Shown here: positions 1-10,852 of the stretch, piece after piece | Position numbering within the stretch: the first letter of the stretch is position 1 | Layout: each line of letters begins with the position of its first letter | NCBI GenBank assembly: GCA_963781585.1 | Contig: CAWAGQ010000004.1 | Coordinates: forward strand, 640,001-704,000 | From: an uncultured Gemmatimonadaceae bacterium | GTDB lineage: Bacteria; Gemmatimonadota; Gemmatimonadetes; Gemmatimonadales; Gemmatimonadaceae | Length of the DNA stretch: 64,000 bases | Direction: 5' to 3' | Translations under genes and position numbers: made by a program | The notes under the pieces: generated by a model | What the model was told of the DNA's origin: nothing | The model's database searches: none | The model's input: only the letters and a program-made list of their open reading frames with translations

Positions 1-496
1 GCAGGCCCGCGACGCCCGCGGTGGAGGCATGCGCGCGATGCGCGGAGCCGAAGGCATCGTTGACGTAGAAGTCGCCGAGTTCCGCGAACGCGCGCGACAG
101 CGCCTCGTCGTTCTTCTCCTCGCCGGCGTGGAACCTCGTGTTCTCGAGCACCAGAATGTCGCCATCGCCTAACGCGTGGGTGGCGGCGACGGCCTCGTCG
201 CCCGACGAGGCGGCGACGAATCGCACCTGGTGGTCGGTGAGCTCGCCGAGGCGCGCCGCAACCGGGGCCAGGCTGTACCTCGCGTCCGAACCGCCCTTCG
301 GCCGACCCAGGTGCGAGAACAGCACCACTCGCGCGCCGCGCGCGCACAGGTACGCGATCGTCGGCAGGGCGGCCCGGATGCGCGTGTCGTCGGCCACCCT
401 GCCCTCCGCGATCGGCACATTGAAGTCCACCCGCACCAGCGCCCGTCGTCCGCGGAGCAGTGCGTCCGGGAGGTCGCGCAGCGTCTTCTTGTTCAT
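1..496 (-). CDS. pgk: phosphoglycerate kinase, N-terminal part (gene runs off window start)
   Basis: Reading from ATG at 496 gives [28 protein letters not shown]...[12 protein letters not shown]...SHLGRPKG, then LENTRFH and [16 protein letters not shown]; lies downstream of gap. Confidence 0.95.
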   Translation of the reverse strand, partial: MNKKTLRDLPDALLRGRRALVRVDFNVPIAEGRVADDTRIRAALPTIAYLCARGARVVLFSHLGRPKGGSDARYSLAPVAARLGELTDHQVRFVAASSGDEAVAATHALGDGDILVLENTRFHAGEEKNDEALSRAFAELGDFYVNDAFGSAHRAHASTAGVAGL

Positions 497-587
497 GGAA
501 ACCGGTCAGGCCGTCGCGAGCTGGCCGCCGCGTCCGCGCGGCGGTTCCGACCGCTGGACACGGGCTGATCCATCGGCGCCTCGCGCA

Positions 588-1598
588 CTAGAGCTTGCCG
601 CCAACCAGTCGGAGAAGGTCGACGCAACGGGTGGCGTACCCCCACTCGTTATCGTACCAGCCGCTCGTCTTCACCAGCGTGCCGTCGATGACGTTGGTGC
701 TGCGGGCATCCACGATGCAGCTGTGCGGGTTGCCGATATAATCCGACGACACCAGCTCCTCCTCCGACACGGCCAGCACGCCGCGCATCGGGCCGGCGGC
801 GGCTTCGCGAAACGCCGCATTGACCGCGTCGATGGTGGTTGGCCGCTCGACCTCGACCACCAGCTCATTGAGTGAGGCGTCCGGCGTCGGGACGCGGATC
901 GCCACGCCGTCGATCTTGCCCTTGACCTCGGGGATCACCAGTCCCGTCGCCTTTGCCGCCCCGGTGGTGGTGGGAATGATGGACAGGGCGGCGGCACGGG
1001 CCCGTCGCAGGTCGCGATGCGGCAGATCGAGGAGCTGCTGGTCGTTGGTGTAGCTGTGGATGGTGATCATCGTGCCGTGCCGGAATCCGAACGCGTCGCG
1101 GATGACCCGAACCATCGGTGCCAGGCAATTGGTCGTGCACGACGCGTTGGAGATGATGTGGTGCGTCGCCGGGTCGTAGCGATCCTGGTTTACCCCCATG
1201 ACGATCGTTATGTCCTCGCCTTTCGCCGGCGCCGAAATGATCACCTTGCGGGCGCCGCCCGCGATGTGTTTTCGCGCATCGTCGGCCCTGGTGAACTTCC
1301 CGGTGGACTCGAGCACGATGGTGACGCCGAGCTCGCGCCACGGCAGGGCCGCCGGGTCCTTCTCCGCGAACACTCTGATCGAATCACCGTCGATTTCAAG
1401 CGCGTTCTCGCTGTGCGCGACGGTGCCCCGGTAGGTGCGGTGCACCGAATCGTACTTGAAGAGGTGCGCCAGCGTCCGTGTATCGGTGAGGTCGTTGACC
1501 GCCACGAAGTCGAGATCCGTGAACTCCCTCTCCTTCGCGACGCGGATCACCTGGCGGCCGATGCGACCGAATCCGTTGATGCCGACTTTGATGGCCAT
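588..1598 (-). CDS. gap: glyceraldehyde-3-phosphate dehydrogenase, type I
   Basis: [15 protein letters not shown], catalytic [20 protein letters not shown]; start trimmed to ATG at 1598. Confidence 0.97.
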   Translation of the reverse strand: MAIKVGINGFGRIGRQVIRVAKEREFTDLDFVAVNDLTDTRTLAHLFKYDSVHRTYRGTVAHSENALEIDGDSIRVFAEKDPAALPWRELGVTIVLESTGKFTRADDARKHIAGGARKVIISAPAKGEDITIVMGVNQDRYDPATHHIISNASCTTNCLAPMVRVIRDAFGFRHGTMITIHSYTNDQQLLDLPHRDLRRARAAALSIIPTTTGAAKATGLVIPEVKGKIDGVAIRVPTPDASLNELVVEVERPTTIDAVNAAFREAAAGPMRGVLAVSEEELVSSDYIGNPHSCIVDARSTNVIDGTLVKTSGWYDNEWGYATRCVDLLRLVGGKL

Positions 1599-1617
1599 GG
1601 GCAGTTCGGAGCCTCGC

Positions 1618-2352
1618 TCAGGTCGGCGCGTCACCCGGCAGGCGGGCGCGTCCGAATGTGACGTAGCTGATCATGCGGGCGCCTCCGTCGAACAGCGCGG
1701 TGGCGCAGGCGTTCATGGTCGCCGCGGTAGTCACGACGTCGTCCACCAGCAGCACGTGCAGGCCGCGCAGGCGTGTCACGTCGGCAGGGACACGAAACGC
1801 GCCGGCAACGTTGGTCAAACGCTGATCTGGTGTCAACCGCGTCTGGGATGCCGTGAATTCGTGACGCACGAGTGCCTGGCGCCACACCGGAAGCCCCCAT
1901 CGCTTGCCCAGCCCGGTTGCCAGTTGCTCGCTCTGGTTGTAGCCCCGTTCGCGCTGACGCCGTGGAGACAACGGCACTGGAATCACGGCCGCGCATTCCG
2001 CGACCACGTCGGGCGGCAGGGAGAGTCGCGCCATCCGGGCCGCCAGCTCGTCGGCGAGGCGCCACCATCCGTCGTACTTGAGCGCATGAACCAGGCGGCC
2101 GCCGACGCCGGCCGGGACCCACGTCACGGATCGGGCGGCGCGCACGAACGGCGGCAGGAGCTCGCACCAGCGGCACGTGTCGTCGCGCTCCGGGTATCCG
2201 CAGCGCGCGCACTGCGGCTGTGCCAGCGCTGGAATCCGGGTCCAGCACGGGCCGCAAGCAAGTTGCGTCTCCGAATCGGCGAGCCGCGCGCCGCAGACCA
2301 CACAGCAGCGGGGGAGCAGGAGTTCGAGCAATTCGCGCGCGACGCGGGGCAC
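1618..2352 (-). CDS. comF: ComF family double zinc-ribbon/phosphoribosyltransferase protein
   Basis: CVVC...CGPC and CARC...[26 protein letters not shown] start at 2352 inferred. Confidence 0.88.
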   Translation of the reverse strand: MPRVARELLELLLPRCCVVCGARLADSETQLACGPCWTRIPALAQPQCARCGYPERDDTCRWCELLPPFVRAARSVTWVPAGVGGRLVHALKYDGWWRLADELAARMARLSLPPDVVAECAAVIPVPLSPRRQRERGYNQSEQLATGLGKRWGLPVWRQALVRHEFTASQTRLTPDQRLTNVAGAFRVPADVTRLRGLHVLLVDDVVTTAATMNACATALFDGGARMISYVTFGRARLPGDAPT

Positions 2353-2374
2353 CCGCTCGCGCCACGGCCGGTTG

Positions 2375-3184
2375 TCAGCCTTCGAGGGCGGCGCGCATGG
2401 CGTCGATGTCGGGCGCGAATCCGAACCACCGCTCGAAGGCACAGGCCCCCTGCGTGATGAGCATCTCCAGTCCGTCGGCGGCCGCATGGCCGGCGGCGCG
2501 CGTGGCCCGGACCCACGGCGTCTCTCCGGCACGATACGCCAGGTCGATCACCGATGCGTCACGCGGAACCGCGTCCGGCGCAACGGGCATCTCCTCACCG
2601 CGCAGTCCCACCGGGGTGGCGTTCACTGCCAGGGTCGCGTCGCGAAGCGCGTCCGACGTCGACGATGCGGTGCGCGCAATCTCCGAGAACCGCTGCGCCA
2701 GCCGCTGTGCCCGCTCGGGACTGCGGCTGAAGATTGCCACGCGCGCCCGGGGCCACTCCTCCGCCGCCGCACAGACGGCTGCCGCGCCACCGCCCGCGCC
2801 GAGCAACGCAACACGCGCCCCGGACGGCCGACCGCCCAGCAGGCGGCTGGCCAGCGTGTCGAAGCCGGCGACATCGGTGTTGTCTCCCACCAGAAGGCCA
2901 CCCTCGGTCCAGAACGTGTTGACGGCGCCGGCACGTTCGGCCACGCGCGAGACGCGCGCGCAGACGGCTGCAACCGCGGCCTTGTGCGGAATCGTGACAT
3001 TGCCGGCCGCGCCCTCTCGTACCAGCCGCCGCAGCACCTCGCCAAGGTCCGGTGGCGCCACGTCGAGCGCTTCGTAGCAGAGGTCGATACGGGCCGCCCG
3101 CAACGCGGCGTTCTGCATGCGTGGAGAAAGGGAATGCTCCAGCGGATGCCCGAGCAGGACCAGCCGGCCCGGACGGCGGGTCAC
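2375..3184 (-). CDS. aroE: shikimate dehydrogenase
   Basis: GHPLEHSLSPRMQN, NVTIPHK, GAVNT, NTDVAGF, GAGGGA, NATPVG, DGLEMLITQG. Confidence 0.95.
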   Translation of the reverse strand: MTRRPGRLVLLGHPLEHSLSPRMQNAALRAARIDLCYEALDVAPPDLGEVLRRLVREGAAGNVTIPHKAAVAAVCARVSRVAERAGAVNTFWTEGGLLVGDNTDVAGFDTLASRLLGGRPSGARVALLGAGGGAAAVCAAAEEWPRARVAIFSRSPERAQRLAQRFSEIARTASSTSDALRDATLAVNATPVGLRGEEMPVAPDAVPRDASVIDLAYRAGETPWVRATRAAGHAAADGLEMLITQGACAFERWFGFAPDIDAMRAALEG

Positions 3185-3651
3185 GAACCGTGCGGCGTGC
3201 GCTCCGCGACCAGCCGGTCGAACACGCGGCGGATCTCCCCCTGCAGCTCGATGAGCGTGTCGCGGTAGTGCTCCAGCTCGCCGCCGAACGGATCGCTGAT
3301 GGCGCGGTCGCTCGCCGAATTCGACGCGAACGCGCTGAGGAGGTAGGTCTTCCCTTCCCCGCCTAACGCTTCAGCGCGCTCCAGGTGATGCGGGCCCATG
3401 ACCAAAATAATGTCGTGCTGCCGGACCAGGTCCCGGCTCAGCTGCTGCGCACGATGGGCACTGAGGTCGAGAGTGCGTTCCAGGGCCACCAGCAGCGCAC
3501 CGTCGGAGGCCGGAGCGCCCTCCCAGGCGCTCGTCCCCGCGCTCGCGACTTCCACGTCCGGCAATCCGCGCGCCATGGCTTCGCGGCGCGCCAGGGCCTC
3601 GGCCAGCGGGCTCCGACAGGTATTCCCGGTACACACAAAGAGAAGTCGCAT
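3181..3651 (-). CDS. low molecular weight protein tyrosine/arginine phosphatase
   Basis: LLFVCTGNTCRSPLAE P-loop, SAGT, ISDPFGG. Confidence 0.92.
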   Translation of the reverse strand: MRLLFVCTGNTCRSPLAEALARREAMARGLPDVEVASAGTSAWEGAPASDGALLVALERTLDLSAHRAQQLSRDLVRQHDIILVMGPHHLERAEALGGEGKTYLLSAFASNSASDRAISDPFGGELEHYRDTLIELQGEIRRVFDRLVAERTPHGS

Positions 3652-3657
3652 CACACG

Positions 3658-4323
3658 TCACACGTCACCGATCAGGTCGGGCACGCTCCCGCGCAACTCG
3701 GTCGACGAAATCGCACCTGGACGGATCACGCGGGGGCGGCGCCCGGTGCAGTCCACCACCGTCGACGGAGGCGACGCGGTCAGCCGTCCGCCGTCGAGCA
3801 CCAGCAGCTGGCCCCGCGCGACGGCGTCGCTCCACTGCTGCACAATCTCGGATGCCGCCATCGCCGGGGGAAGCCCTGGCCGATTGGCCGACGTCGATGT
3901 GATGGGATCGCCGTATGCGCCGATCAGACGCTGGAGCGCGGCATGCGACGTCCACCGCACCGCCACCCCGCCCTCCGGCCCCCGCAGTCCGATCGGTACC
4001 CGATGCTCGCCGCCCGCCAGCACCAGCGTGAGCGGTCCCGGCCAGAACCGCGCCGCCAGTCGCGATGCCGCATTCGTTAGGTGCAGGTCCAGCCGCGCCA
4101 GCATCTCGCTCCCGGCAATCAGCAGCAGGAACGGCTTGGCCGGCGGACGCCGTTTGAGAGCCATCAACGACTCCAGCCCCGCCAGATCCACTGCGCCGCC
4201 AAACCCGTAGATCGTCTCGGTCGGATACCCGAGCAGTCCGCCCGAGCGGAGATGCGTAATGGCCGGGCCGATCGCGGCCGTCACTTCCTCGTCCGACCAG
4301 AACGGCAGCGCGCGTGGCTGCAT
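3658..4323 (-). CDS. tsaC: L-threonylcarbamoyladenylate synthase (YrdC/Sua5 family)
   Basis: YPTETIYGFG, LKRRP, FWPGPLTLVL, TSTSANRPG, STVVD. Confidence 0.92.
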   Translation of the reverse strand: MQPRALPFWSDEEVTAAIGPAITHLRSGGLLGYPTETIYGFGGAVDLAGLESLMALKRRPPAKPFLLLIAGSEMLARLDLHLTNAASRLAARFWPGPLTLVLAGGEHRVPIGLRGPEGGVAVRWTSHAALQRLIGAYGDPITSTSANRPGLPPAMAASEIVQQWSDAVARGQLLVLDGGRLTASPPSTVVDCTGRRPRVIRPGAISSTELRGSVPDLIGDV

Positions 4324-5082
4324 CTACTCCGCCAGCGGCGCGAGGGCCTCGGCCCGCGCGAAGTCCCGCTCGTCCGTGATCTTCAAGGCCCGCTCGCTGC
4401 CGGGCACCAGCAGGACCGGAAACCCGAGCCGTTCGCACAACGCGGAGTCGTCGGTCGCCGAAATGCCTTCGCGCCTCGCCGCGAGATAGGCACGCTCGAT
4501 CATCTCGCGCGGGAACGCCTGCGGCGTCTGGGCGCGCCAGAGTCGCTCCCGGGACACCGTCCGCACGATACGTCCCGCGCCATCCGCCTCCTTGAGCGTA
4601 TCCACCACCGGTATCGCCGCCACAGCGCCGCGGCCCCGCCGCGCCGTCGCGATGACCGCCTCGATGGTGGCGTCGGTCACCAGCGGCCGCGCCGCGTCGT
4701 GGATCACTGCGATCGTTGCCTCCTCGGGAAGATCCTCCAATCCACTCCACACCGAGTCTCCCCGCTCGCGTCCTCCCACCGATACCAGCAGGCGATCAAG
4801 GTCCGCCTGAAAGAGCCAGGGCGGAGGATCGCCCGCAATCGACTTCGGGAGGACGCAAACCACCAGCGCCACGTCGGCACGACGCTGAAACGTCTGCACG
4901 GCGTGCAGGAGCATGGGCTTTCCCGCCACCCAGCGAAATTGCTTCAGCTCGTGCCCCTCCGTGCGCGATCCGGTTCCGGCTGCCACGACCACCACGCCCA
5001 CATCGCGGCCCGCGCTCGCCTCCGGCTCGACGGGACGCGCCGTTGGCTCGGCGATTCCCGGATTGCGTCGTTCCGCCATCAA
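4324..5082 (-). CDS. ispD: 2-C-methyl-D-erythritol 4-phosphate cytidylyltransferase
   Basis: AAGTGSR...KQF, GGRERGDSV, IHDAARP, AQTPQAF, TDDS, KITDERD; follows radA as usual. Confidence 0.93.
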   Translation of the reverse strand: MMAERRNPGIAEPTARPVEPEASAGRDVGVVVVAAGTGSRTEGHELKQFRWVAGKPMLLHAVQTFQRRADVALVVCVLPKSIAGDPPPWLFQADLDRLLVSVGGRERGDSVWSGLEDLPEEATIAVIHDAARPLVTDATIEAVIATARRGRGAVAAIPVVDTLKEADGAGRIVRTVSRERLWRAQTPQAFPREMIERAYLAARREGISATDDSALCERLGFPVLLVPGSERALKITDERDFARAEALAPLAE

Positions 5083-6456
5083 CCGAATACCTGCTTGAAC
5101 AGATCGCCGATTGTCGCCACTGGCTGGACGCGAATCCCGGTCGCGCGTACCGGCACGCTACGATCGCTTACGAAGGCCGTGGCCATTCCGCGCTGCGCTG
5201 CCTCGGCCAGGCGCCGCTCGGCATGCGCGACACCCCGCACTTCCCCCCCGAGTCCCACCTCGCCCACGAACACGGCATCAGCGGGAAGTGGTCGGTCAAG
5301 CACCGTCGAGGCGAGCGCGGTGACGATAGCGAGGTCGCCGGACGGTTCGGCAAGACGGAGTCCTCCCGCGATGTTCACGAACACGTCGAGTTGCGAGAAC
5401 TGGATGCCGGCGCGCCGTTCAAGGATTGCCAGCAGCAACGCCAGGCGCCTCCCGTCGAATCCGGTTGCCACGCGCTGCGGTGTCCCGTACCCCGACTTCG
5501 CGGCAAGCGCCTGGATCTCGACGAGCAGAGGACGGCTGCCTTCCATCAGCGCGGTCAGCGCGCTCCCGGATGCGTGTGGTCGCCGATCTCCCATGAACAG
5601 GTCCGAGGGATTCTCCACCGGCACCAGTCCGGCGCCGGTCATGCGGAAGACCCCGATCTCGTCCACGCTGCCGAACCGGTTCTTCGTGGCGCGCAGCACG
5701 CGATGGTCAAGCGATGCGTCGCCCTCGAAATACAGCACGGTATCGACGACGTGTTCCAGTGTCTTCGGTCCGGCGATGCCGCCCACCTTGGTGACATGCC
5801 CCACGAGAAACACCGCGGTCCCGATTTCCTTGGCCACTCGCATCAACTGGGCGGCGCACTCCCTCACCTGGCCCACGCTCCCCGGCGCGCCCTCCAGCTC
5901 GTCCGCCCACACGGTTTGTATGGAATCCACGACCAGAACCGAGCGGACGAAGCGTCCGCGCGGTTGCCTGAATGGCCGACAGCGACGTCTCGGTGAGCAG
6001 TTCCACGTTGGCGGCCTGCGACTCGAGGCGGTCGGCACGGAGCTTGACCTGGAGCGGCGACTCTTCGCCCGAGACGTACACGGCGCGCCCGCCGAGCCTG
6101 ACGACGTTCGCAGCCAGCTGCAGGAGCAAGGTTGATTTGCCGATTCCCGGTTCTCCGCCAACGAGGACCAGGCTTCCAGACACGATTCCGCCGCCCAGCA
6201 CGAAGTCCAGCTCCCGCAGGCCGCTGCTCGTGCGCGCGGTCGCGCTTCCTTTCACGTCGGCCAGGCGCACCGGTGACGCTCCCGTGCCCGCGGCCTCGCG
6301 CGGCGTACTGCGCCGGGACGTCGTCGTCCGTCGCTGCGGCGCCGGCTCCTCCACCAGGCTGTTCCACTCGCCGCAGAGATCGCATCGGCCGCCCCACTTC
6401 GGGAACTCCGCGCCGCACTCCGTGCACCGGTAGACTGTCCTTGCCTTGACGGTCAC
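5079..6456 (-). pseudogene. radA: DNA repair protein RadA/Sms, split by a one-base frameshift near 5943 (real lesion or sequencing error)
   Basis: N-half in ORF 5707..6456 (YRCTECG, GGEPGIGKSTLLLQ, YVSGEES); C-half in ORF 5079..6161 (VVDSIQT, GHVTK, KNRFG, LGGEVR); junction reads CTT CGT CCG C TCG GTT CTG GTC GTG GAT. Confidence 0.85.
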
Positions 6457-7877
6457 GTCGGCTGTCGGGGCGAGTAGTTGTCGAATCGCGTGTATTTCTT
6501 GTGGAAGAAGAGTCGCACCGTTTCGGTGGGCCCGTTGCGCTGCTTGCCGATGATCACCTCGGCGAGTCCTTCAATCGGGGTGCCGTCGCCCAGACGCCGC
6601 GGCTCGCCGCGCTCGTCGTTCGGCCCGTCGTAGTATTCCGGGCGATAGAGGAACATCACCACATCGGCGTCCTGCTCGATCGCGCCCGACTCGCGCAGGT
6701 CGGACAACTGCGGGCGACGGTTCTCGGCCGATCGTTGCTCGGGCGCGCGCGACAGCTGCGACAGCGCCACCACCGGCACCTTCAGCTCGCGCGACAGGTT
6801 TTTCAGCGAGCGCGAGATGTAGCTGATCTCCTGCTGTCGGTTCTCCGAATCGGACGGTCCCTGCATGAGCTGCAGATAGTCGATGATCACCAGGCCGATC
6901 CGGCTCTCGACCTGCAGCCGCCGCGCACGCGAACGGATGTCGAGCGCCGTGAGCGCCGGGGTATCGTCGATCCAGATCGGCGCCGAGCCGAGGATCCCGG
7001 CCGCCTTCGCGAGTCGGGCGAAGTCGTCATTGCTCAGCCGGCCGTTGCGCAGCTTCTGCGCGTCGATGTACCCCTCCGACGCCAGCATCCGTGCCACCAG
7101 CTGCTCCTTGGCCATCTCCAGCGAGAAGATCGCCACCGGCACCTGAGCCTGGATGGCCGCGTTCTGCGCCACGTTCAGCACGAACGCCGTCTTCCCCATC
7201 GACGGGCGCGCGGCAATGATGCTCAGTTCCGATCTCTGGAAGCCTAACGTGAGCTTGTCGAGATCGGCGTAGCCGCTGGGCACGCCGGTGATGGCGCTGG
7301 TGCCCCGCGACGTCTCCTCGATCCGCTCCATGCCCTCCCAGACGAGCTCCTTGATCCGATGGAAGCCCTCGCGGCCATGCTGCTGGCTGATCTGGAGAAT
7401 CCGCTGCTCGGCGTGGTCGAGCAGTTCGCCCGACGTGCGCCGGCCGTCAAACGCCGCCGTCACCAGCTCCGTGGACGTCTCGATCAGCCTCCGGACCAGC
7501 GCCTTCTCACGCACGATCCGGGCGTGGTACTCCACGTTGGCCGCGGTGGGGACTGCATCCAGCAGGAACGACAGGTATTCCTTTCCTCCTGAATGATCGA
7601 GCTCTCCCCGCAGGGCCAGTTCGTCGGCCAGCGTCAGCGCGTCGACCACCGCCCCGCGCTCGTTGAGCGCGACAATCGCGCGGAAGATCCGGCGATGTGC
7701 CTCGCGGTAGAACATCGTGTCATCGACATGTTCCGCGGCGCGATAGATCGCGTCGCGGTCCATGATCATCGCGCCCAGAACGGCTTGTTCCGCGTCCTCC
7801 GACCATGGCGGCCGGCGGTCGCGGTACGCGTCAGGGACTGATGGCGCGATCGAGGAGTCGTCGAGCAAGCTGGACAT
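6453..7877 (-). CDS. dnaB: replicative DNA helicase
   Basis: AEQAVLG, AARPSMGKT, FSLEM, IDYLQLM, LSQLSR, DLRESGAIEQDADV, KQRNGPT. Confidence 0.97.
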   Translation of the reverse strand: MSSLLDDSSIAPSVPDAYRDRRPPWSEDAEQAVLGAMIMDRDAIYRAAEHVDDTMFYREAHRRIFRAIVALNERGAVVDALTLADELALRGELDHSGGKEYLSFLLDAVPTAANVEYHARIVREKALVRRLIETSTELVTAAFDGRRTSGELLDHAEQRILQISQQHGREGFHRIKELVWEGMERIEETSRGTSAITGVPSGYADLDKLTLGFQRSELSIIAARPSMGKTAFVLNVAQNAAIQAQVPVAIFSLEMAKEQLVARMLASEGYIDAQKLRNGRLSNDDFARLAKAAGILGSAPIWIDDTPALTALDIRSRARRLQVESRIGLVIIDYLQLMQGPSDSENRQQEISYISRSLKNLSRELKVPVVALSQLSRAPEQRSAENRRPQLSDLRESGAIEQDADVVMFLYRPEYYDGPNDERGEPRRLGDGTPIEGLAEVIIGKQRNGPTETVRLFFHKKYTRFDNYSPRQPT

Positions 7878-8793
7878 CTTCCCAAGTCGGGCGCTTCCAC
7901 CCGGGATTCCGCAGCAGCGCCGCCGGGTGGTACGTGACCACCAGCGGCACGCCGTAGTAGTGGTGGACCTTTCCCCGAAGTCTGCTGATCGCGTCCTTCG
8001 TGTTCAACAGCGTTTGTGCGGCGAACGTGCCGAACGCGACGATCACCTTCGGGGCAATGAGTTCGATCTGGCGAAGAAGGTACGGACTGCACGCTTCCAC
8101 CTCGTCCGGCGTGGGATTGCGATTTCCCGGCGGACGATGCTTCAGGACGTTGCAGATATACACGTCGTTCCGCGAGAGCTTGATCGCCGCCAGGATCTTG
8201 TCGAGCAGCTGGCCGGCCGGCCCCACGAAGGGTCGCCCGGTTTCGTCCTCCACCGCTCCGGGCGCCTCACCCACGCACATCAGGCCGGCCGTGGGACTCC
8301 CCTCACCCGGGACCGGGTTCTTCGCCGACCTGGACAGGGGGCACTTCGTGCACCCTGCGACCGCCTGCACGAGTTCGTCCAATGATCCATAGCGCGACGC
8401 CGGTCCGCCAAACAACTCACGCGCGTCTGCCCCCACGGTGAGGCCGGTCGGAATCTGATCCAGCGGGATCGTGGCCGGCGATTCGACGCCGCTGCTCTCC
8501 GCGGGTGTGGCACTCCGGACCGGAGACGACTCGTCGAACTGATACCGCCTGGACGGAGGGGGGCTCACGCGTGCCGGTGCCTGCGGACGATCGGCCGAGC
8601 CGGAGTCGGAGTCGCGCAGAGCGGCGCGCCAGTCCACCGGCTGCTCGGATACGCCTGCCGTCGCGGCGCTCGAGCCGGTGGCACCGAGCAGCCGCATCAC
8701 CTCCTCGACCGTCAGGCCATCGAGCACCAGTTCGGTCTCCCCCGCTTCGCGCCGCTGCTCGAGGTAACGGCGAAGCTGAGCTCTAGCGTCCAC
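7831..8793 (-). CDS. uracil-DNA glycosylase, family 4, with N-terminal low-complexity linker
   Basis: CTKCPL, VGEAPGAVEDETGRPFVGPAG, NVLKHRPPGNR, TYHPAALLR; GTG start at 8793. Confidence 0.92.
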   Translation of the reverse strand: MDARAQLRRYLEQRREAGETELVLDGLTVEEVMRLLGATGSSAATAGVSEQPVDWRAALRDSDSGSADRPQAPARVSPPPSRRYQFDESSPVRSATPAESSGVESPATIPLDQIPTGLTVGADARELFGGPASRYGSLDELVQAVAGCTKCPLSRSAKNPVPGEGSPTAGLMCVGEAPGAVEDETGRPFVGPAGQLLDKILAAIKLSRNDVYICNVLKHRPPGNRNPTPDEVEACSPYLLRQIELIAPKVIVAFGTFAAQTLLNTKDAISRLRGKVHHYYGVPLVVTYHPAALLRNPGWKRPTWEDVQLARRLLDRAISP

Positions 8794-9988
8794 GCAGCAA
8801 CTCCGCGACCTGATCGAGGATGGCGTCCGCCACCTCATCCTTCGTGAGAATGGGGAGGGCCTGCTCGCGGCCGTCGCGGAACACGAACGTCACGCGATTG
8901 GTGTCGACCTCGAAGCCGGCCCCGTCTTCGCGTGCATCATTGAGCACGATCAGGTCGAGATCCTTGGACTTGAGCTTGGCGCGGGCATTGGCAACGCCAT
9001 CGCCTGTCTCGAGCGCGAATCCGACCGCCACCATTCCCGGTTTTCTGGCGGTCCGCGTTTCGACGAGAATGTCGGGAGTCGGCGCGAGGCGCACGGAAAC
9101 AGGCGCCTCGCCACGCTTGAGTTTCACATCTTCGACGTGGTGGGCGCGAAAGTCGCCGGGGGCCGCCGCCATGACGATCACGTCGGCACGCGTCAGCTCG
9201 TTCGCTACCACGTCGCGCATCTGCTCGGTGGTTTCCACCCGGCGCAGCTCGGCGCCGACGGGCGGCGAGACCGCCAGCGGACCCGCGACCAGCACCACGT
9301 CGGCGCCCCGCCGCCACGCGGCGGCCCCCAGAGCCACGCCCATCTTCCCGCTGCTTCGATTGGAAAGGAAGCGCACAGGGTCGAGCGACTCGCGAGTCGG
9401 TCCCGCCGACACCACCACGCGCCTCCCTTCCAGATCACCCGGACCCTCCAGCACGCGTCCCAGGTGTGCGAGTATGGTGTCCGGCTCCGGCATGCGGCCC
9501 GGCCCGTGTCCCTCACCGACTGCGAGGTCTCCAGTTTCCGGATCGAGCACGCGATAACCCAGGTCACGCAGATGCGACACGTTGCGTGCGGTCTGCCCGT
9601 GGGCCCACATGCGGTCGTTCATCGCGGGCACCAGCAGCACCGGAGCGGTGGTAGCGAGGAGACAGGCCGTCAGCAGGTCGTCGGCGCGACCGGTGGCGGC
9701 GCGAGCAAGAAAATCGGCGGTGGCGGGCGCGACCACCACCACCTCGGCGCCCCGCGCCAGTCTGATGTGATCGAGCGCGTGCCCTGCTTCGATCAACGCC
9801 GTGTGGACCGGCCTCCCGGTCAGCGCCTCGAAAGTGACTGCGCCAACGAATTCCAGGGCCGACCGCGTGAGGACGACATCAACTTCGGCGCCCGCCTGCG
9901 TGAGCAGCCGGGCCAGCCACGCGGACTTGTAGCTGGCAATGCCTCCCGTAACACCGAGGAGGATGCGGCGGTGTGAAAACGGGCGGAC
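8783..9988 (-). CDS. coaBC: bifunctional phosphopantothenoylcysteine decarboxylase/phosphopantothenate-cysteine ligase
   Basis: Frame stays open upstream of the called ORF: RPFSHRRILLGVTGGIASYK; then PAMNDRMW, SAGPTRESLDPVRFLSNRSSGKMG, VGFALET. Expected start position holds GTC (9986-9988). Confidence 0.93.
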   Translation of the reverse strand, partial: VRPFSHRRILLGVTGGIASYKSAWLARLLTQAGAEVDVVLTRSALEFVGAVTFEALTGRPVHTALIEAGHALDHIRLARGAEVVVVAPATADFLARAATGRADDLLTACLLATTAPVLLVPAMNDRMWAHGQTARNVSHLRDLGYRVLDPETGDLAVGEGHGPGRMPEPDTILAHLGRVLEGPGDLEGRRVVVSAGPTRESLDPVRFLSNRSSGKMGVALGAAAWRRGADVVLVAGPLAVSPPVGAELRRVETTEQMRDVVANELTRADVIVMAAAPGDFRAHHVEDVKLKRGEAPVSVRLAPTPDILVETRTARKPGMVAVGFALETGDGVANARAKLKSKDLDLIVLNDAREDGAGFEVDTNRVTFVFRDGREQALPILTKDEVADAILDQVAELLRGR

Positions 9989-9993
9989 CGGAG

Positions 9994-10200
9994 CTACTCC
10001 CCACGCTGCCGCGGAACGATACGGTATTCGATTTCGCCTGAAGCGAGTTCTTCGAGCGCGCGCGTGGTGAGCTTTTTTTCGTGTGCCGCCCGTTCGCGCG
10101 GAAACTCGTTCAGCACGCGGGCGTGCTTCGCAGCCACAAGGACGCCGAGGTACTTGTTGGCGGCGCGGTTGGTGACTTCGTCGGGCGTGAAGACTCGCAT
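9994..10200 (-). CDS. rpoZ: RNA polymerase omega subunit
   Basis: MRVFTP...NKYLGVLVAAKHAR...KLTTRALEELASGEI; conserved gmk-rpoZ-coaBC order. Confidence 0.88.
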   Translation of the reverse strand: MRVFTPDEVTNRAANKYLGVLVAAKHARVLNEFPRERAAHEKKLTTRALEELASGEIEYRIVPRQRGE

Positions 10201-10204
10201 TGGG

Positions 10205-10852
10205 CTAGGCTGTTTGGGTGAGGCTGAGAATCTCTCGATCGAGATCAGCGACCAGCTGGCGAAGCTGGACGTCCAGCTGCGGGATGCGTTCGTGTCGCAC
10301 GGTCTCGGCGTCCACGATGGCGCACACCAGCTCAAAGGTGCGCTGCAGATCGTCGTTCACCACTGCGTACTGGTACAAACTTACTTCATTGAGCTCCTGC
10401 CGCGCGCCCCTGATGCGCCGCAGGAATTCATCCGGTGCCTCGGTATGGCGGGCGGCAAGGCGCCGGAGCAGGACGTCGGCCGACGGCGGAAGGAGAAACA
10501 CCAGAACGGTTTCCGCGAAGGCCCTCGCCATCTGCCGTGCGCCCTGAACGTCGATGTCCATGACGACGTGCTTCCCCTGGCTCAGGACACGATCGATCTC
10601 GGTGCGCAAGGTCCCATACAGTTGGCCGTGCACCTCGGCGCTCTCGGCAAAGTCGCCTCGGGCGCGACGCGCAAGGAACTCGTCTCGCGACAGGAACTGG
10701 TAGTCTTTCCCCGCCTCCTCGCCGGGACGCGGCGCCCGCGTGGTACATGAGATCGAATACCCGACGTCCGCCCGCCGTTCGAGCAGCATCCGCGAGATCG
10801 TCGTCTTTCCCCCTCCGGAGGGTGAGGAGAGCACGAGGGGGAACGGGTTCAT
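10205..10852 (-). CDS. gmk: guanylate kinase
   Basis: SSPSGGGKTT, SCTTRAPRPGE, DY.F, YGT, DIDVQGA. Confidence 0.96.
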   Translation of the reverse strand: MNPFPLVLSSPSGGGKTTISRMLLERRADVGYSISCTTRAPRPGEEAGKDYQFLSRDEFLARRARGDFAESAEVHGQLYGTLRTEIDRVLSQGKHVVMDIDVQGARQMARAFAETVLVFLLPPSADVLLRRLAARHTEAPDEFLRRIRGARQELNEVSLYQYAVVNDDLQRTFELVCAIVDAETVRHERIPQLDVQLRQLVADLDREILSLTQTA

